DNA from: an uncultured Chloroflexia bacterium
GTDB taxonomy: Bacteria; Chloroflexota; Dehalococcoidia; Dehalococcoidales; RBG-16-60-22
Length of the DNA stretch: 64,000 nucleotides
NCBI GenBank assembly: GCA_963727315.1
Contig: CAVSFE010000002.1
Span: 407,723 to 471,722 of the forward strand
Direction: 5' to 3'
Below the pieces are notes generated by a model that made no database searches, was not told the DNA's origin, and saw only the letters and a list, made by a program, of their open reading frames with translations. Both the position numbers and the translations under genes were made by a program. This document shows positions 1-9,103 of the stretch, in pieces (the first letter of the stretch is position 1; each line of letters opens with the position of its first letter).

Positions 1-1
1 G

Positions 2-322
2 GCCGTCACCGGATGGCAGAGAACGCTCCAAGAAATCCTAGAGTGCGGCGAGCGCATCGAGGTGATGCGGCACGTTTTCAATCTCCGCGAGGGAGACAAT
101 CCCATCAACCGCAAGGTACACGGGAGGATAATCGGCCAGCCGCCGCAAAAAGAAGGACCGCTGGCGGGAGTCACCGCCGACCTGGACGCCCAGGTCTACT
201 GGAATCTCGGGGCGATGGACTGGGACAGGGTGACGGCCAGGCCCAGCCGGGAAAAACTCGCAGAACTAGGGCTGGACGACGTAGCACAGGAGCTCTGGCC
301 GCCAACAGCCAAAGGGAGTTAA
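2..322 (+). CDS. aldehyde:ferredoxin oxidoreductase (AOR) family protein, C-terminal end; the 5' part lies outside the window
   Basis: Frame 2 is open from the window edge. The translation ...TGWQRTLQEILECGERIEVMRHVFNLREGDNPINRK... resembles the conserved C-terminal region of tungsten AOR-family enzymes. The stop lies 2 nt before the next gene. Confidence 0.55.
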   Translation, partial: AVTGWQRTLQEILECGERIEVMRHVFNLREGDNPINRKVHGRIIGQPPQKEGPLAGVTADLDAQVYWNLGAMDWDRVTARPSREKLAELGLDDVAQELWPPTAKGS

Positions 323-324
323 TT

Positions 325-1023
325 ATGAGCCAGAAAAATCAAATTATCGCTAACGCTATAAGCCAAGGCAGGACTCTCCTCACGGAAATCGAAGCCAAGC
401 AGGTCTTCAAAGAGGCCGGCGTGCCGGTGGTCGAAACAAGACTGGCGACGAGCCAGAAACAGGCCGGGGAAATCGGCGCCAGCATTGGCTTTCCTATTGT
501 ACTGAAGATAGCCTCACCGGACATCGTCCACAAAAGTGACGCCGGTGGGGTGAAGGTGGGGCTGAAAAATAAAAGCGAAGTGGAAAAAGCCTACAGCGAA
601 ATTATGAAAGCGGCGAAAGAGAAATTCCCTAAAGCGAAAATCGAGGGAGCGGCGGTACAGAAAATGGCGCGACCGGGGATAGAGATAATCGTCGGCACGT
701 TCAAGGATAAACAGTTCGGGCCGGTCATCATGTTCGGGCTGGGGGGGATATTCGTGGAGGTGCTCAAGGACGTATCTTTCCGCATCGTACCGATAGAGCG
801 TCGAGACGCCTCAGAGATGATTAAAGAAATCAAGGCGTATAGCCTGCTGAAGGGCTACCGGGGGACAGAGCCGGCCCACCTGCCCTCGCTGGAAAGTATT
901 TTAATGAAAGTTTCCGATTTCGTAGAGCAGACGCCGGAAATAAAGGAAATAGACCTGAACCCGGTGATAGCATATAAAGATTCGGCGATAGCGGTAGATG
1001 CCAGGATAGTGCTGGAGGGATAA
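325..1023 (+). CDS. ADP-forming acetate--CoA ligase beta-like subunit (ATP-grasp domain protein)
   Basis: The ATG at 325 gives MSQKNQIIANAISQGRTLLTEIEAKQVFKEAGVPVVET...IVLKIASPDIVHKSDAGGVKVGL, which is typical of ACD beta/ATP-grasp_5 proteins. The upstream 104 codons of the 336-aa track ORF are Arg/Pro-rich and overlap the AOR frame, so I exclude them. Confidence 0.75.
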   Translation: MSQKNQIIANAISQGRTLLTEIEAKQVFKEAGVPVVETRLATSQKQAGEIGASIGFPIVLKIASPDIVHKSDAGGVKVGLKNKSEVEKAYSEIMKAAKEKFPKAKIEGAAVQKMARPGIEIIVGTFKDKQFGPVIMFGLGGIFVEVLKDVSFRIVPIERRDASEMIKEIKAYSLLKGYRGTEPAHLPSLESILMKVSDFVEQTPEIKEIDLNPVIAYKDSAIAVDARIVLEG

Positions 1024-1040
1024 CCTCACCCCCTTAATCT

Positions 1041-1095
1041 CCCTCTCCGCTGGCGGAGAGGGGAAGAACTTTGAGAGGGGGCGAAGCCCCCTCTC
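1041..1095. terminator. two adjacent GC-rich hairpins between convergent genes (putative bidirectional terminator)
   Basis: CCCTCTCC-GCTGGC-GGAGAGGG at 1041-1063 and a perfect GAGAGGGGGC-GAA-GCCCCCTCTC at 1073-1095. They lie between the + gene ending at 1023 and the - gene ending at 1128. Confidence 0.5.
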
Positions 1096-1127
1096 GCTGC
1101 GCACTCCCTATTTCTTAAGGGTTCGGA

Positions 1128-1646
1128 TTATCCTCTGCTTTTCAAGTATGCAATTTCTTTGGGTTTATAGCCAAGTTTTAGTAAGATTTCCTCGGTGTGC
1201 TGGCCCAACAAAGGCGAAGGGCCCTGAGGCCTGCCCGGGGTCTTCTTGAGCTTGACAGGTAGGCCGAGCATTTTTATCTCGCCGCGGGTGGGGTGGTCAA
1301 CGGCAAAGATAATGTCGTTGGCGGCAAGCTGGGGATGGGCAATAACCTCATCGTAGGTAAGGCAGGGGTCGCAGCGCATCTTAGCATCGCGGAAAAGCTG
1401 CGCCCACTCGGCGCGGGTCTTCTGGCTAAAAGCCTCGTCCAAAAGCCGACCGATTTCTTCGCGGTGCTCGCGCCGGGCATCGTCGGTAGCGAAGCGGGGG
1501 TCGTCGGCCAAATTTTCCACCCCTACTATCTTACAAAAATCAGGCCACATGGGACCGGTGCCGAAGATGGTCAGGACATCCCCGTCCCTGGCGCGGAAAG
1601 GCCCGAAAGGCGGCGGCTGATAGCTCCGGCCCTCTTTATAGGGCAT
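1128..1646 (-). CDS. family III CoA-transferase (CaiB/BaiF), C-terminal fragment; same gene as 1571..2332, broken by a frameshift near 1647
   Basis: ...DDPRFATDDARREHREEIGRLLDEAF...PLLGQHTEEIL is a typical family-III C-terminus. Adding one G between GCAGG and ATGCCC joins ...FAEYLMPVAG to MPYKEGRSY. Confidence 0.8.
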   Translation of the reverse strand: MPYKEGRSYQPPPFGPFRARDGDVLTIFGTGPMWPDFCKIVGVENLADDPRFATDDARREHREEIGRLLDEAFSQKTRAEWAQLFRDAKMRCDPCLTYDEVIAHPQLAANDIIFAVDHPTRGEIKMLGLPVKLKKTPGRPQGPSPLLGQHTEEILLKLGYKPKEIAYLKSRG

Positions 1647-2332
1647 CCTGCCACCGGCATGAGATACTCGGCGAAACCGGAGAACTGCAGATAAAGCGCC
1701 GCATCCAGGTTATTCACCGTCAAAGCCTGTCCCAGGCCATGGCGCTCCCGTACGAAAAGGGCCGTCATCACGGCATAAGCCACCAGCATCCCGCCGACAT
1801 GGTCGCAGGCGGGGAAAGGAAGCATCTGAGGGACGCCACCGGGGTAGCCCATAACGCTCACGATACCGGACATCGCCTGACTCCACATATCGCCGCCGGC
1901 GCGATGAGCGACGGGACCGGTCTCTCCATAGCCATAGAAAGAGCAATAAATCACCTTCGGGTTGATTTTCGAGATTGCTTCATAGCCAATACCTAATCTC
2001 TCCGCCACGCCGGGCCGAAAGCTCTGCAAAACGACGTCGGCGTCTTTAGCCAATTTAAGGACGATTTCCAGACCCTCCGGCGACCGGATATCGATAGCGA
2101 GGTCTTTCTTGCCGCGATTAAAAGCCATCCAGTCGGCTTTGTCCGCAGCACCAGTGGTATCCGTATCCAGCACGTCATCCATGCCGGCGGGGAGCCCAAG
2201 GCGCGTGGCCTCGCCCTGTACTCTCTCCACTTTAATGACCTCGGCGCCCATATCCGCCAGCATGGCGCCGCCGAACGGGGCGGCGACGGCGATACTGAAA
2301 TCAAGGACTTTAATGCCTTCCAGAGGATACAT
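1571..2332 (-). CDS. family III CoA-transferase, N-terminal fragment (frameshifted; the last ~25 codons are out of frame)
   Basis: MYPLEGIKVLDFSIAVAAPFGGAMLADMGAEVIKVE is the canonical family-III N-terminal motif. Confidence 0.8.
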   Translation of the reverse strand: MYPLEGIKVLDFSIAVAAPFGGAMLADMGAEVIKVERVQGEATRLGLPAGMDDVLDTDTTGAADKADWMAFNRGKKDLAIDIRSPEGLEIVLKLAKDADVVLQSFRPGVAERLGIGYEAISKINPKVIYCSFYGYGETGPVAHRAGGDMWSQAMSGIVSVMGYPGGVPQMLPFPACDHVGGMLVAYAVMTALFVRERHGLGQALTVNNLDAALYLQFSGFAEYLMPVAGCPIKRAGAISRRLSGLSAPGTGMS

Positions 2333-2348
2333 ATTTTACCTCCGCCAG

Positions 2349-3257
2349 CTATTTATCAAGCTGCTCGTAAAGCTTATTGCGGGCGCGAACGGCCTTCTTG
2401 ACACCCATGTCCCGCCGCGCCTTGAAGAAATTGAACTCGTCGTCCTCGAAGTGGATATTCGTGCCCATGGTGTGCATCATAAAATGATTGGTCAGGCCGC
2501 TCGTGATACCCATAATATCGTAGATGACCTGTTTAGAAGCCTTGCCCATCGCAATGCCATCGAAGGGGAACTTCGCAAAACCCTCCGCGTACCGATTGAC
2601 CTCCTCTTCCAGCTTGTCGGCGGGGACGGCGCGGTTAATGAGGCCGATACGGGCGGCCTCCTTGCCGTCCAGCATCCGACCGGTCAGACAGAGGTCGAGG
2701 GCATTGGTCAGGCCGCAGCGCAGAATCATTATCGGGGTGATGGTAAGATTGGGCATGCCCAACCGCACCTCGACTTCCCCGAACTGGCAGTCCTCGGCCC
2801 CGACAATGAAGTCGCACAGCAGATACATGTCCATGGACGCGCCGAGCAGGTAGCCATGCGCCTGGACGATAGTCAGCTTGGGGAAAAAGAGGAGCTTCTG
2901 GGCGCACTCGTAAAAAAGCTTCCGGTCGAACTTGAGGCGGTGGCGGATAGGGGTGCGGGGGGCTTTTTCACCGGGCTTCGGCTCCTTCCAGCCGTAGACG
3001 AAGCCAACCTCATGTAAAGGGGCACCGGCGGCCAGAGCACGGCCGGCGCCTTTAATTATAAGCACCTTGAGGTCGTCGGCCTCCTCGACGACGGCCAGAG
3101 CTTTCCAGAAGTCCTTGACGCCGGTGTTCATGGTATCAGGGTCGTTCAGCGTAATGCGGGCGACATAGCCGCTCCTCTCGTAGATAACGTCTTTAAAATC
3201 CCCGGCTTTTTTAAACTTAAGCATAGAACCTACCCTCTCCTTGAGATTGTGACTCAC
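2349..3257 (-). CDS. enoyl-CoA hydratase/isomerase (crotonase) family protein
   Basis: VARITLNDPDTMN...LIIKGAGRALAAGAPLHEV is a crotonase-fold signature. An alternative start at 3224 (MLKFKK) is possible. Confidence 0.8.
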   Translation of the reverse strand: MSHNLKERVGSMLKFKKAGDFKDVIYERSGYVARITLNDPDTMNTGVKDFWKALAVVEEADDLKVLIIKGAGRALAAGAPLHEVGFVYGWKEPKPGEKAPRTPIRHRLKFDRKLFYECAQKLLFFPKLTIVQAHGYLLGASMDMYLLCDFIVGAEDCQFGEVEVRLGMPNLTITPIMILRCGLTNALDLCLTGRMLDGKEAARIGLINRAVPADKLEEEVNRYAEGFAKFPFDGIAMGKASKQVIYDIMGITSGLTNHFMMHTMGTNIHFEDDEFNFFKARRDMGVKKAVRARNKLYEQLDK

Positions 3258-3310
3258 CCTCCTTTATCCCCTTCCCTGCGGAAGGGGGGGGGAGGATATC
3301 AATTATATAT

Positions 3311-4534
3311 TTATTCAAAGACCCCTTCCTGTACCAGTTTTACGAATTCATCATCGGACATGCCGAGCATTTCCGTACAAATTTGCTCGGTGTGCTCTCC
3401 AAGCAGCGGGCTCGGCGAATAGGCTTTAGCGGGCGTTTCAGAGAGCTGGAAGCTCTGCCCCAGATGGGTGAAATCGCCCATTTCGGCGTGGGACATCGGC
3501 CAGAAGATATTGCGACGGGCGAGCTGGGGGTCGTTAAAGACATCGGCGGTATTGGACACCACGCCCGCCGGCACGCCTGCCTTTTGTAAACGCGACATGA
3601 CTTCTTCCGGCGAATAACCGATCGTCCACTCACTGACTAATTCGTTTAACGCGTCCTCGTTTTTCTTACGGTTTTCAACGGTGGCGAACCGGGGGTCGTT
3701 AGCTAACGCCGGCCGGCCGATTTCCCGGCAAAAGCTCCGCCATTCTTCATCGGTGGTCACGGCGATAGCGCACCAGCGGTCGTCGCCCTTACAGGGATAA
3801 ACGCCGTGCGGGGCGGCATGCGGGGAGGAGTTACCGATTCTCTCCGGCTCTTTACCGGTGCTTTCGTATTCCAGCAGGCCGGGAAGGATAAATGATATCG
3901 CCGCCTCGAACTGGGAGATGTCCAAAAGCTGCCCTTCCCCCGTCTTGTTCCGGTGGTCGAGGGCGGCGATTAAAGCGGCGGCAGCAAAGCGCGGGGCGAT
4001 GCAGTCCGTATAGGCGGAGACGCCGACGGGCAGGGGTTCTTTGCCGGGCCAGCCGATAAAGTTGGGCAGACCGACGATGGGCACCAGCACCATCCCGAAA
4101 GCCGGCAGGTTCTTATAAGGCCCCCAGGAGCCGTAACCGCTCTGCCGCAGCATGATGATATCCGGCTTAATCTTTTTCAGGCTATCGTAATCAAGTCCCC
4201 ACTTTTCGATAACGCCGGGGGTATAATTTTCGAAAAAGACATCGGACCAGGCGACCAGCCTGCGGACAATCTCCCGAGAGCGGGGGTGGTTCATATTCAG
4301 GGCAAAGCTCAGGATATTGGCGTTATAGTAGGTGAAATAGCCGCACCGGTTCAAGCCCGGCTTATTGTCCTTATAGGGGGCGGACGAGCGCATCGTGCAG
4401 GGACGATGGCTGGTCTCGATACGAATAACCGTGGCACCGTGGTCGGCGAAAAACTTCGTGGTGAGGGGGCCAACGACAGCCCAGGCGAAAGCCAGTATTT
4501 TGAGTCCGCTGAAGACGCCTTCACGTTTTTGCAT
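3311..4534 (-). CDS. family III CoA-transferase (CaiB/BaiF), intact
   Basis: FSGLKILAFAWAVVGPLTTKFFADHGATVIRIE at the N-terminus, DPRFATVENR and PLLGEHTEQI at the C-terminus, 407 aa. Confidence 0.85.
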   Translation of the reverse strand: MQKREGVFSGLKILAFAWAVVGPLTTKFFADHGATVIRIETSHRPCTMRSSAPYKDNKPGLNRCGYFTYYNANILSFALNMNHPRSREIVRRLVAWSDVFFENYTPGVIEKWGLDYDSLKKIKPDIIMLRQSGYGSWGPYKNLPAFGMVLVPIVGLPNFIGWPGKEPLPVGVSAYTDCIAPRFAAAALIAALDHRNKTGEGQLLDISQFEAAISFILPGLLEYESTGKEPERIGNSSPHAAPHGVYPCKGDDRWCAIAVTTDEEWRSFCREIGRPALANDPRFATVENRKKNEDALNELVSEWTIGYSPEEVMSRLQKAGVPAGVVSNTADVFNDPQLARRNIFWPMSHAEMGDFTHLGQSFQLSETPAKAYSPSPLLGEHTEQICTEMLGMSDDEFVKLVQEGVFE

Positions 4535-4536
4535 GG

Positions 4537-4926
4537 CTATATTATCCCGTCTTTTTTCAACGCCCGCAGGTCTTTTTTTGTAAGTCCTATCTCTTTATAG
4601 ACCTCAGCGTTGTGCTCACCGATTAACGGAGCGCGGCAGTGCGTGGAGAAATCCATTAATGATGAACGGATGTATTCTCTCGGGTAGGTAATGCTCGCGC
4701 CCAGCTCCGGGTGCTCAATTTGCGCCCAGTAACCGCGGACATGAAGGCACTCATCGTCGAGGAGGTCCTGCATGCGGGAAAGGGGGCCGATAGAGACACC
4801 GCGCGGCACGGCGCCTTGAAGCAGCTCCTGGCGCGTGTGGCGCAGGAAGAACTCCCCCACCGGACCGGATATTTTATCCACCACTTCCTGATCGACCGTG
4901 AACATATCAAAGCCGTCCCAGTCCAT
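4537..4926 (-). CDS. family III CoA-transferase, C-terminal fragment; same gene as 4907..5770, with a frameshift near 4951
   Basis: ...APLIGEHNAEVYKEIGL at the C-terminus. Removing one A in GAGAAGAAG-A-CTGGCT gives the continuous ...WMDEKKLATDFLLDMDWDGF... Confidence 0.8.
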   Translation of the reverse strand: MDWDGFDMFTVDQEVVDKISGPVGEFFLRHTRQELLQGAVPRGVSIGPLSRMQDLLDDECLHVRGYWAQIEHPELGASITYPREYIRSSLMDFSTHCRAPLIGEHNAEVYKEIGLTKKDLRALKKDGII

Positions 4927-5770
4927 GTCCAGAAGGAAATCGGTAGCCAGTCTTCTTCTCGTCCATCCAGGCCACCAGAGAGCTTAAAGTCTTGGCGCCG
5001 GTGCGGCCGCCGATGATATTGAAAAACACATAGCCGTCCTTACAGCGCCACACCTGCCGCTGCGCCACCTGGGTGCTCATGCCGGCGCGGAAAGCCCCGG
5101 CTCGCTTTAAAATCGTCCCGTCAAGCTCGTAGGTAGGCACGGCATTGGCCTGAAACCAGGCGGCGGACTGCTGCATCGAGACATCGACGCGCTGGCCCTG
5201 CCCGGTCTGCTCTCGATGATAATAGGCCACCATACAGCCCACGGCAGCATCAGCGCCGGCGTGCAGGTAGGCCTGGGGGACACTAATACGGACGGGGGGG
5301 CCATCGGCCTCGCCGGTCTGATAGAGAGTGCCGCTCATGCCCATGACAACGATATCCGAGCCCTTATAGTCGCGGTAGGGCCCTCCAAGGCCGAAGGGCG
5401 TAATAGAAGCCCAGATGAGCTTTTTGTATATTTTTTGGAAGTGCGAATAACCCATATCAAGTTTATCCAGATAGTCGGGGGGAAAGGACTCAAGAACGAA
5501 GTCGGCGGTAGAGACCAGTTTTTTGAAAAGCCCTCGTCCTTCGGGTTTTTCGATATCGAGGGTAATGCCTTTTTTATTAGAGTTATAGGCGAACCAGTAA
5601 ATATTTTCCTCGGGGTCGGGGGCACCGCTCCAGAACGGGCCAATAGAGCGAGAGGGGTCGCCGCCGGGCTTTTCGATTTTAATAACCTTAACACCGAGGT
5701 CGGCCAGGATTTTCCCGCAGAGAAACCCCTTGGCGTCGGTAAGGTCTAAAGCTCGCAGGTGATTAAGCAT
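4907..5770 (-). CDS. family III CoA-transferase, N-terminal fragment (frameshifted)
   Basis: MLNHLRALDLTDAKGFLCGKILADLGVKVIKIEKPGGDP is a family-III N-terminal motif. Confidence 0.8.
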   Translation of the reverse strand: MLNHLRALDLTDAKGFLCGKILADLGVKVIKIEKPGGDPSRSIGPFWSGAPDPEENIYWFAYNSNKKGITLDIEKPEGRGLFKKLVSTADFVLESFPPDYLDKLDMGYSHFQKIYKKLIWASITPFGLGGPYRDYKGSDIVVMGMSGTLYQTGEADGPPVRISVPQAYLHAGADAAVGCMVAYYHREQTGQGQRVDVSMQQSAAWFQANAVPTYELDGTILKRAGAFRAGMSTQVAQRQVWRCKDGYVFFNIIGGRTGAKTLSSLVAWMDEKKTGYRFPSGHGLGRL

Positions 5771-5781
5771 AATTTCCCTTA

Positions 5782-7131
5782 CTATATTTGTTTCAGGTAT
5801 TTCCTGGCAAGAGCTAGAGCTTTTTCCGGCTCGACCTGGGCAAGGAGTCCCACCGCATACAGAACATACTGCGTATCTAAATAAAAGCGGGGGGAGCGGG
5901 GCTTCAAAATAAAGGGATTTTCTTCGTTAAAAAGGACGCCTTCCAGGACCTGCCGCGGGCTATCCGAAAAAATAATCGGCCCGCCCGTGCCGATAACGCT
6001 CCTGACGCCGGTCAGGTCCTTGCCGTGCTGGATAAGCCGCTCGCCGGCGGGGCTATAGATAACTTCGAGCCGGCCGGCATGGCGGTCCATGGCGACCTCC
6101 ACCATGAGACGGGATAAAATCCGTTGGCAGGCGAAGTCGGTTTTACGGCGTGGCAAATTGCCCTCGCGGAAACGTTGAACTATGGCGGTAAAACCCGATG
6201 GCGTTTCCCGAGCTTGAACGAGCTCCAAAAGCCTGTCCAGGTTATACTTCAGACCGAGGTCGCCCTCAACGGTCCTTTTCTCGTAAGGCTCGGGGAGGCC
6301 GACCATGAGAATATCGGGCCGGGCGGGGGCGCCTTTAGCGATGGAATGAACGTCCGTGGTCGCCCCGCCGGGGTCGACAACGATAAGCTCCCCGAAATCA
6401 CAGGCGATGAGACTGGCCGCTTCCAAAACGGCGGCAGGAGTGGGCATAATAACGTCCTTGATAATCGCCCTGGCTTTAGCGATGCCTTTAGCCTCGATGA
6501 TGTTCTTCATAAAGAGGGCGCGGATTTCTCTATTGCAGGGGGCGACATCCAGCACGCCTATCTCCGGCATGACATTTCCGGTATAGATAACGTTTTTACG
6601 ACTATCTTTAAAGATAGTTTTTATATCGTCGTGCGCCGTTTTATTACCGGCAATAATGATATTTTTTATGGCCGGGCCGGTGCGGGAAAACAGGCGTGAG
6701 TTATGAATAATGACCTGTTCATCGCCGCCGTCCGTGCCGCCGGAGAGGAGGAGGATATCAGGGGCAAGCGACTCGATTTCTTTGACTTCCGCTTCGTTAA
6801 GCTTATAAGAATAGCTCCCCACGACCTTAGCGCCCGCCCCCAGCGCGGCGAGACTGGCGGCCTTGCTGGTAAGCTCCGGCACAAAGCCGGCGCAGACCAT
6901 GCGCAGTCCGCCGGCGGCGCTCGAACAGGCGAGGGCTTCCCTCTTTTCGAGGTCGGTGATAGGGGTTTTCGCGGAAATCTGCCTTAAAGCTTCCTCAAGT
7001 CCTACAGTGATATCGGTGTCCACGGTGGAGGGTAAACGGGCGGCGGCGACCACCTCAATGCGGGCGAGGTCGACGGCGACGACCTTGGTGAAGGTGGAAC
7101 CGAAGTCGATGAAAAGACGGATGTTGTCCAT
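5782..7131 (-). CDS. glmL: glutamate mutase accessory protein GlmL/MutL-like (ASKHA-fold putative reactivase)
   Basis: MDNIRLFIDFGSTFTKVVAVDL...ACSSAAGGLRM...LLSGGTDGGD is the typical GlmL pattern. It lies directly downstream of the S and E subunits. Confidence 0.75.
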   Translation of the reverse strand: MDNIRLFIDFGSTFTKVVAVDLARIEVVAAARLPSTVDTDITVGLEEALRQISAKTPITDLEKREALACSSAAGGLRMVCAGFVPELTSKAASLAALGAGAKVVGSYSYKLNEAEVKEIESLAPDILLLSGGTDGGDEQVIIHNSRLFSRTGPAIKNIIIAGNKTAHDDIKTIFKDSRKNVIYTGNVMPEIGVLDVAPCNREIRALFMKNIIEAKGIAKARAIIKDVIMPTPAAVLEAASLIACDFGELIVVDPGGATTDVHSIAKGAPARPDILMVGLPEPYEKRTVEGDLGLKYNLDRLLELVQARETPSGFTAIVQRFREGNLPRRKTDFACQRILSRLMVEVAMDRHAGRLEVIYSPAGERLIQHGKDLTGVRSVIGTGGPIIFSDSPRQVLEGVLFNEENPFILKPRSPRFYLDTQYVLYAVGLLAQVEPEKALALARKYLKQI

Positions 7132-7188
7132 AACTCAAAACTCAAAAGTTAAAAGTCAAAACCATAATCTAAAAGTTAAAACTTAATG

Positions 7189-7614
7189 TTACATCTTGCC
7201 TCTGGCCTGCAGGTCTTTTTTAAGGTCTGAGATGCCGACGTCGGTATCAGTCTCCGGCGGATAGACCCTATCGAAGCCCAGGGCTTTGAATTTCCTTTCA
7301 ACCTCCTGAGGGTCGGAGCGGCCGATAACCAGGTTCCCGCCGATGTACAAAAGCACATCGCCGAGTCCGGCTTCAAGCCGCTTCTCGTTAAAGTCCTTAA
7401 GGTCTAGCTCAGCCATGCCATAAAGAGAGCTCATCAGAATGGCATCGGCGCGGGTCTCCTGGGCGACGCTGATAAACTCCTCCGGCGACACCTGCATGCC
7501 CAGCTCAACGACCTTAAAGCCGGCGTCCCGCAGGGCGCGGGAGAGGACTTTGGTGCCGATGACGTGGGCGTCCATCCCAACCGTGCCGGTGATGACTGTC
7601 GGTGTTCTTTTCAT
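7189..7614 (-). CDS. glmS: methylaspartate(glutamate)-mutase S-subunit-like B12-binding protein
   Basis: 141 aa. The DxHxxG cobalamin-binding motif is present as GMDAHVIG. The Rossmann-like B12-binding domain pattern ...ILMSSLYG... is also present. Confidence 0.85.
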   Translation of the reverse strand: MKRTPTVITGTVGMDAHVIGTKVLSRALRDAGFKVVELGMQVSPEEFISVAQETRADAILMSSLYGMAELDLKDFNEKRLEAGLGDVLLYIGGNLVIGRSDPQEVERKFKALGFDRVYPPETDTDVGISDLKKDLQARGKM

Positions 7615-7638
7615 CGCGATGCTCCCATATTATGTCAA

Positions 7639-9099
7639 TTACTGATCAAACGGCGGGAGGCCGACGATTTTTCCCCGGCTGAGGCCCCAGAGGTCTTTAA
7701 CGGCGGTATGGTAGTCCGCCTTTTTGCCTTCCAGCTTCTCCCGCTCGGCGATTTTCTGGCGGTGGAAGTCCTTGATTTCTTCAGGGATGGGGAGACTGCC
7801 AAACTCAAGGTAGCGGCAGGCGCCGCGGGCATCCCTAACGCCCAGGACTTTATCCTTAACGTTGATGTTGGGGCTCCACGGGGAATCCAGCACGCCGGAA
7901 TCGACCGCCTTGATGGTGCCGTCGACGATATCGCCATCGCCGAGGTCTAAAATCCTGTCCAGGATGGCCCTGACCTCAGTCTCGGTCACCTTCTCCTCGA
8001 TATCAATATCTTTAATCTCGAAGCCGATTTTTTGCTCGCGGACGACATCGAAAATCCACTTGGCGGCGCGGTAGCTCACCTTATGCGTCTCCGTGGTGGG
8101 AACGCCGGCCCCCTCGTCAATGCTGCGGAGGTCGACGGCGTTAGCCCCGGCCAGCGCGCCGACCATCGAGACATAACTCAGATAGGCGAAAGCGCCGCCC
8201 ATATCCATGGCGACGGGGAAAAGGGGCGTCTGGGCGGGACACGCCCCGACAATCTGACAATCTTTATAGCCGAACTTATCCAGATACTCACGGATGATGC
8301 GCGGGGCAAAGCGAATCCAGGCCATGTCCTGCGCCATGTTGCCCATGCAGTGCACCAGAGGGTATAAAGCCTTCTGGCCCTGAGCCGCGGCGGTAAGCGC
8401 CTCAATGACGAGGGTAACGATATTAACGCTCAGGGGAAAAGGGGCGCTGGGAAGCCAGCCGTGGAGGTCGGTGCAGAGGATAACGCCCCTGTCAGCGTAC
8501 CAACCGACGGTGCCGCTGGTCTCCTGCCACTTCTCCACGAGCTCGCGTATGGTCATTTTCTTGGAATAACTGCCCCAGGTGACGAAGGGCAGGCAGCCTT
8601 CGAAGGTGGTCATGCCGGCGGCGATAGCAATGTCACCGCCGGCGCCGCGGGGACTGAAAGCGGCGTCCACGCTTTCGATGAGCTGGCGGGTCTGCTTCAC
8701 GCCGTGATTAATAATGGGAAAGCCGTTAAGCAGAGGCCGGCCGGTACGGTTGCTCTCCTTCAAAGCCGCCTCGACCTTCTCATACTGACCGAGCCGGGTA
8801 TAACTATCGGTGGTAACGGGAATCAGGACGACGCCAGATTCGCGAAGTCCCTGGCAGAGTTCAATCATTTTTTCCAGGATGGGGGTGCCGGCGCGGGGAA
8901 AAACGCTCATGCGGCCTTCCTCGCTGAGCTTTACCATCACCTTCCACCAGATTTTCGAGTCGGGCAGGCTTTTCTGGTAAGCCACCGCCTCATCGAAGTC
9001 CACCTCTTTGCCGGTGGGCCATTTATCCAGCTCCTCGCGCCGCTTTTTCATCAATAAATCGTCGTCGATGCGCTTGTTCATCATCCTGAGTTTCTTCAT
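7639..9099 (-). CDS. glmE: glutamate mutase epsilon (E) subunit-like protein
   Basis: From the ATG at 9099: MKKLRMMNKRIDDDLLMKKRREELDKWPTGKEVDFDEAV...FPRAG...DSYTR...LLNGFP..., collinear with clostridial GlmE as I remember it. The start sits 5 nt after the upstream stop. The longer track ORF (to 9189) overlaps the SDR. Confidence 0.8.
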   Translation of the reverse strand: MKKLRMMNKRIDDDLLMKKRREELDKWPTGKEVDFDEAVAYQKSLPDSKIWWKVMVKLSEEGRMSVFPRAGTPILEKMIELCQGLRESGVVLIPVTTDSYTRLGQYEKVEAALKESNRTGRPLLNGFPIINHGVKQTRQLIESVDAAFSPRGAGGDIAIAAGMTTFEGCLPFVTWGSYSKKMTIRELVEKWQETSGTVGWYADRGVILCTDLHGWLPSAPFPLSVNIVTLVIEALTAAAQGQKALYPLVHCMGNMAQDMAWIRFAPRIIREYLDKFGYKDCQIVGACPAQTPLFPVAMDMGGAFAYLSYVSMVGALAGANAVDLRSIDEGAGVPTTETHKVSYRAAKWIFDVVREQKIGFEIKDIDIEEKVTETEVRAILDRILDLGDGDIVDGTIKAVDSGVLDSPWSPNINVKDKVLGVRDARGACRYLEFGSLPIPEEIKDFHRQKIAEREKLEGKKADYHTAVKDLWGLSRGKIVGLPPFDQ

Positions 9100-9103
9100 C
9101 ACT

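Noticed and set aside
13-324. The N-terminal 104 codons of the 336-aa track ORF 13..1023.
   Set aside because: They are Arg/Pro/Gly-rich and overlap the well-conserved AOR C-terminus in another frame. The ACD-beta-like protein starts naturally at the ATG at 325.
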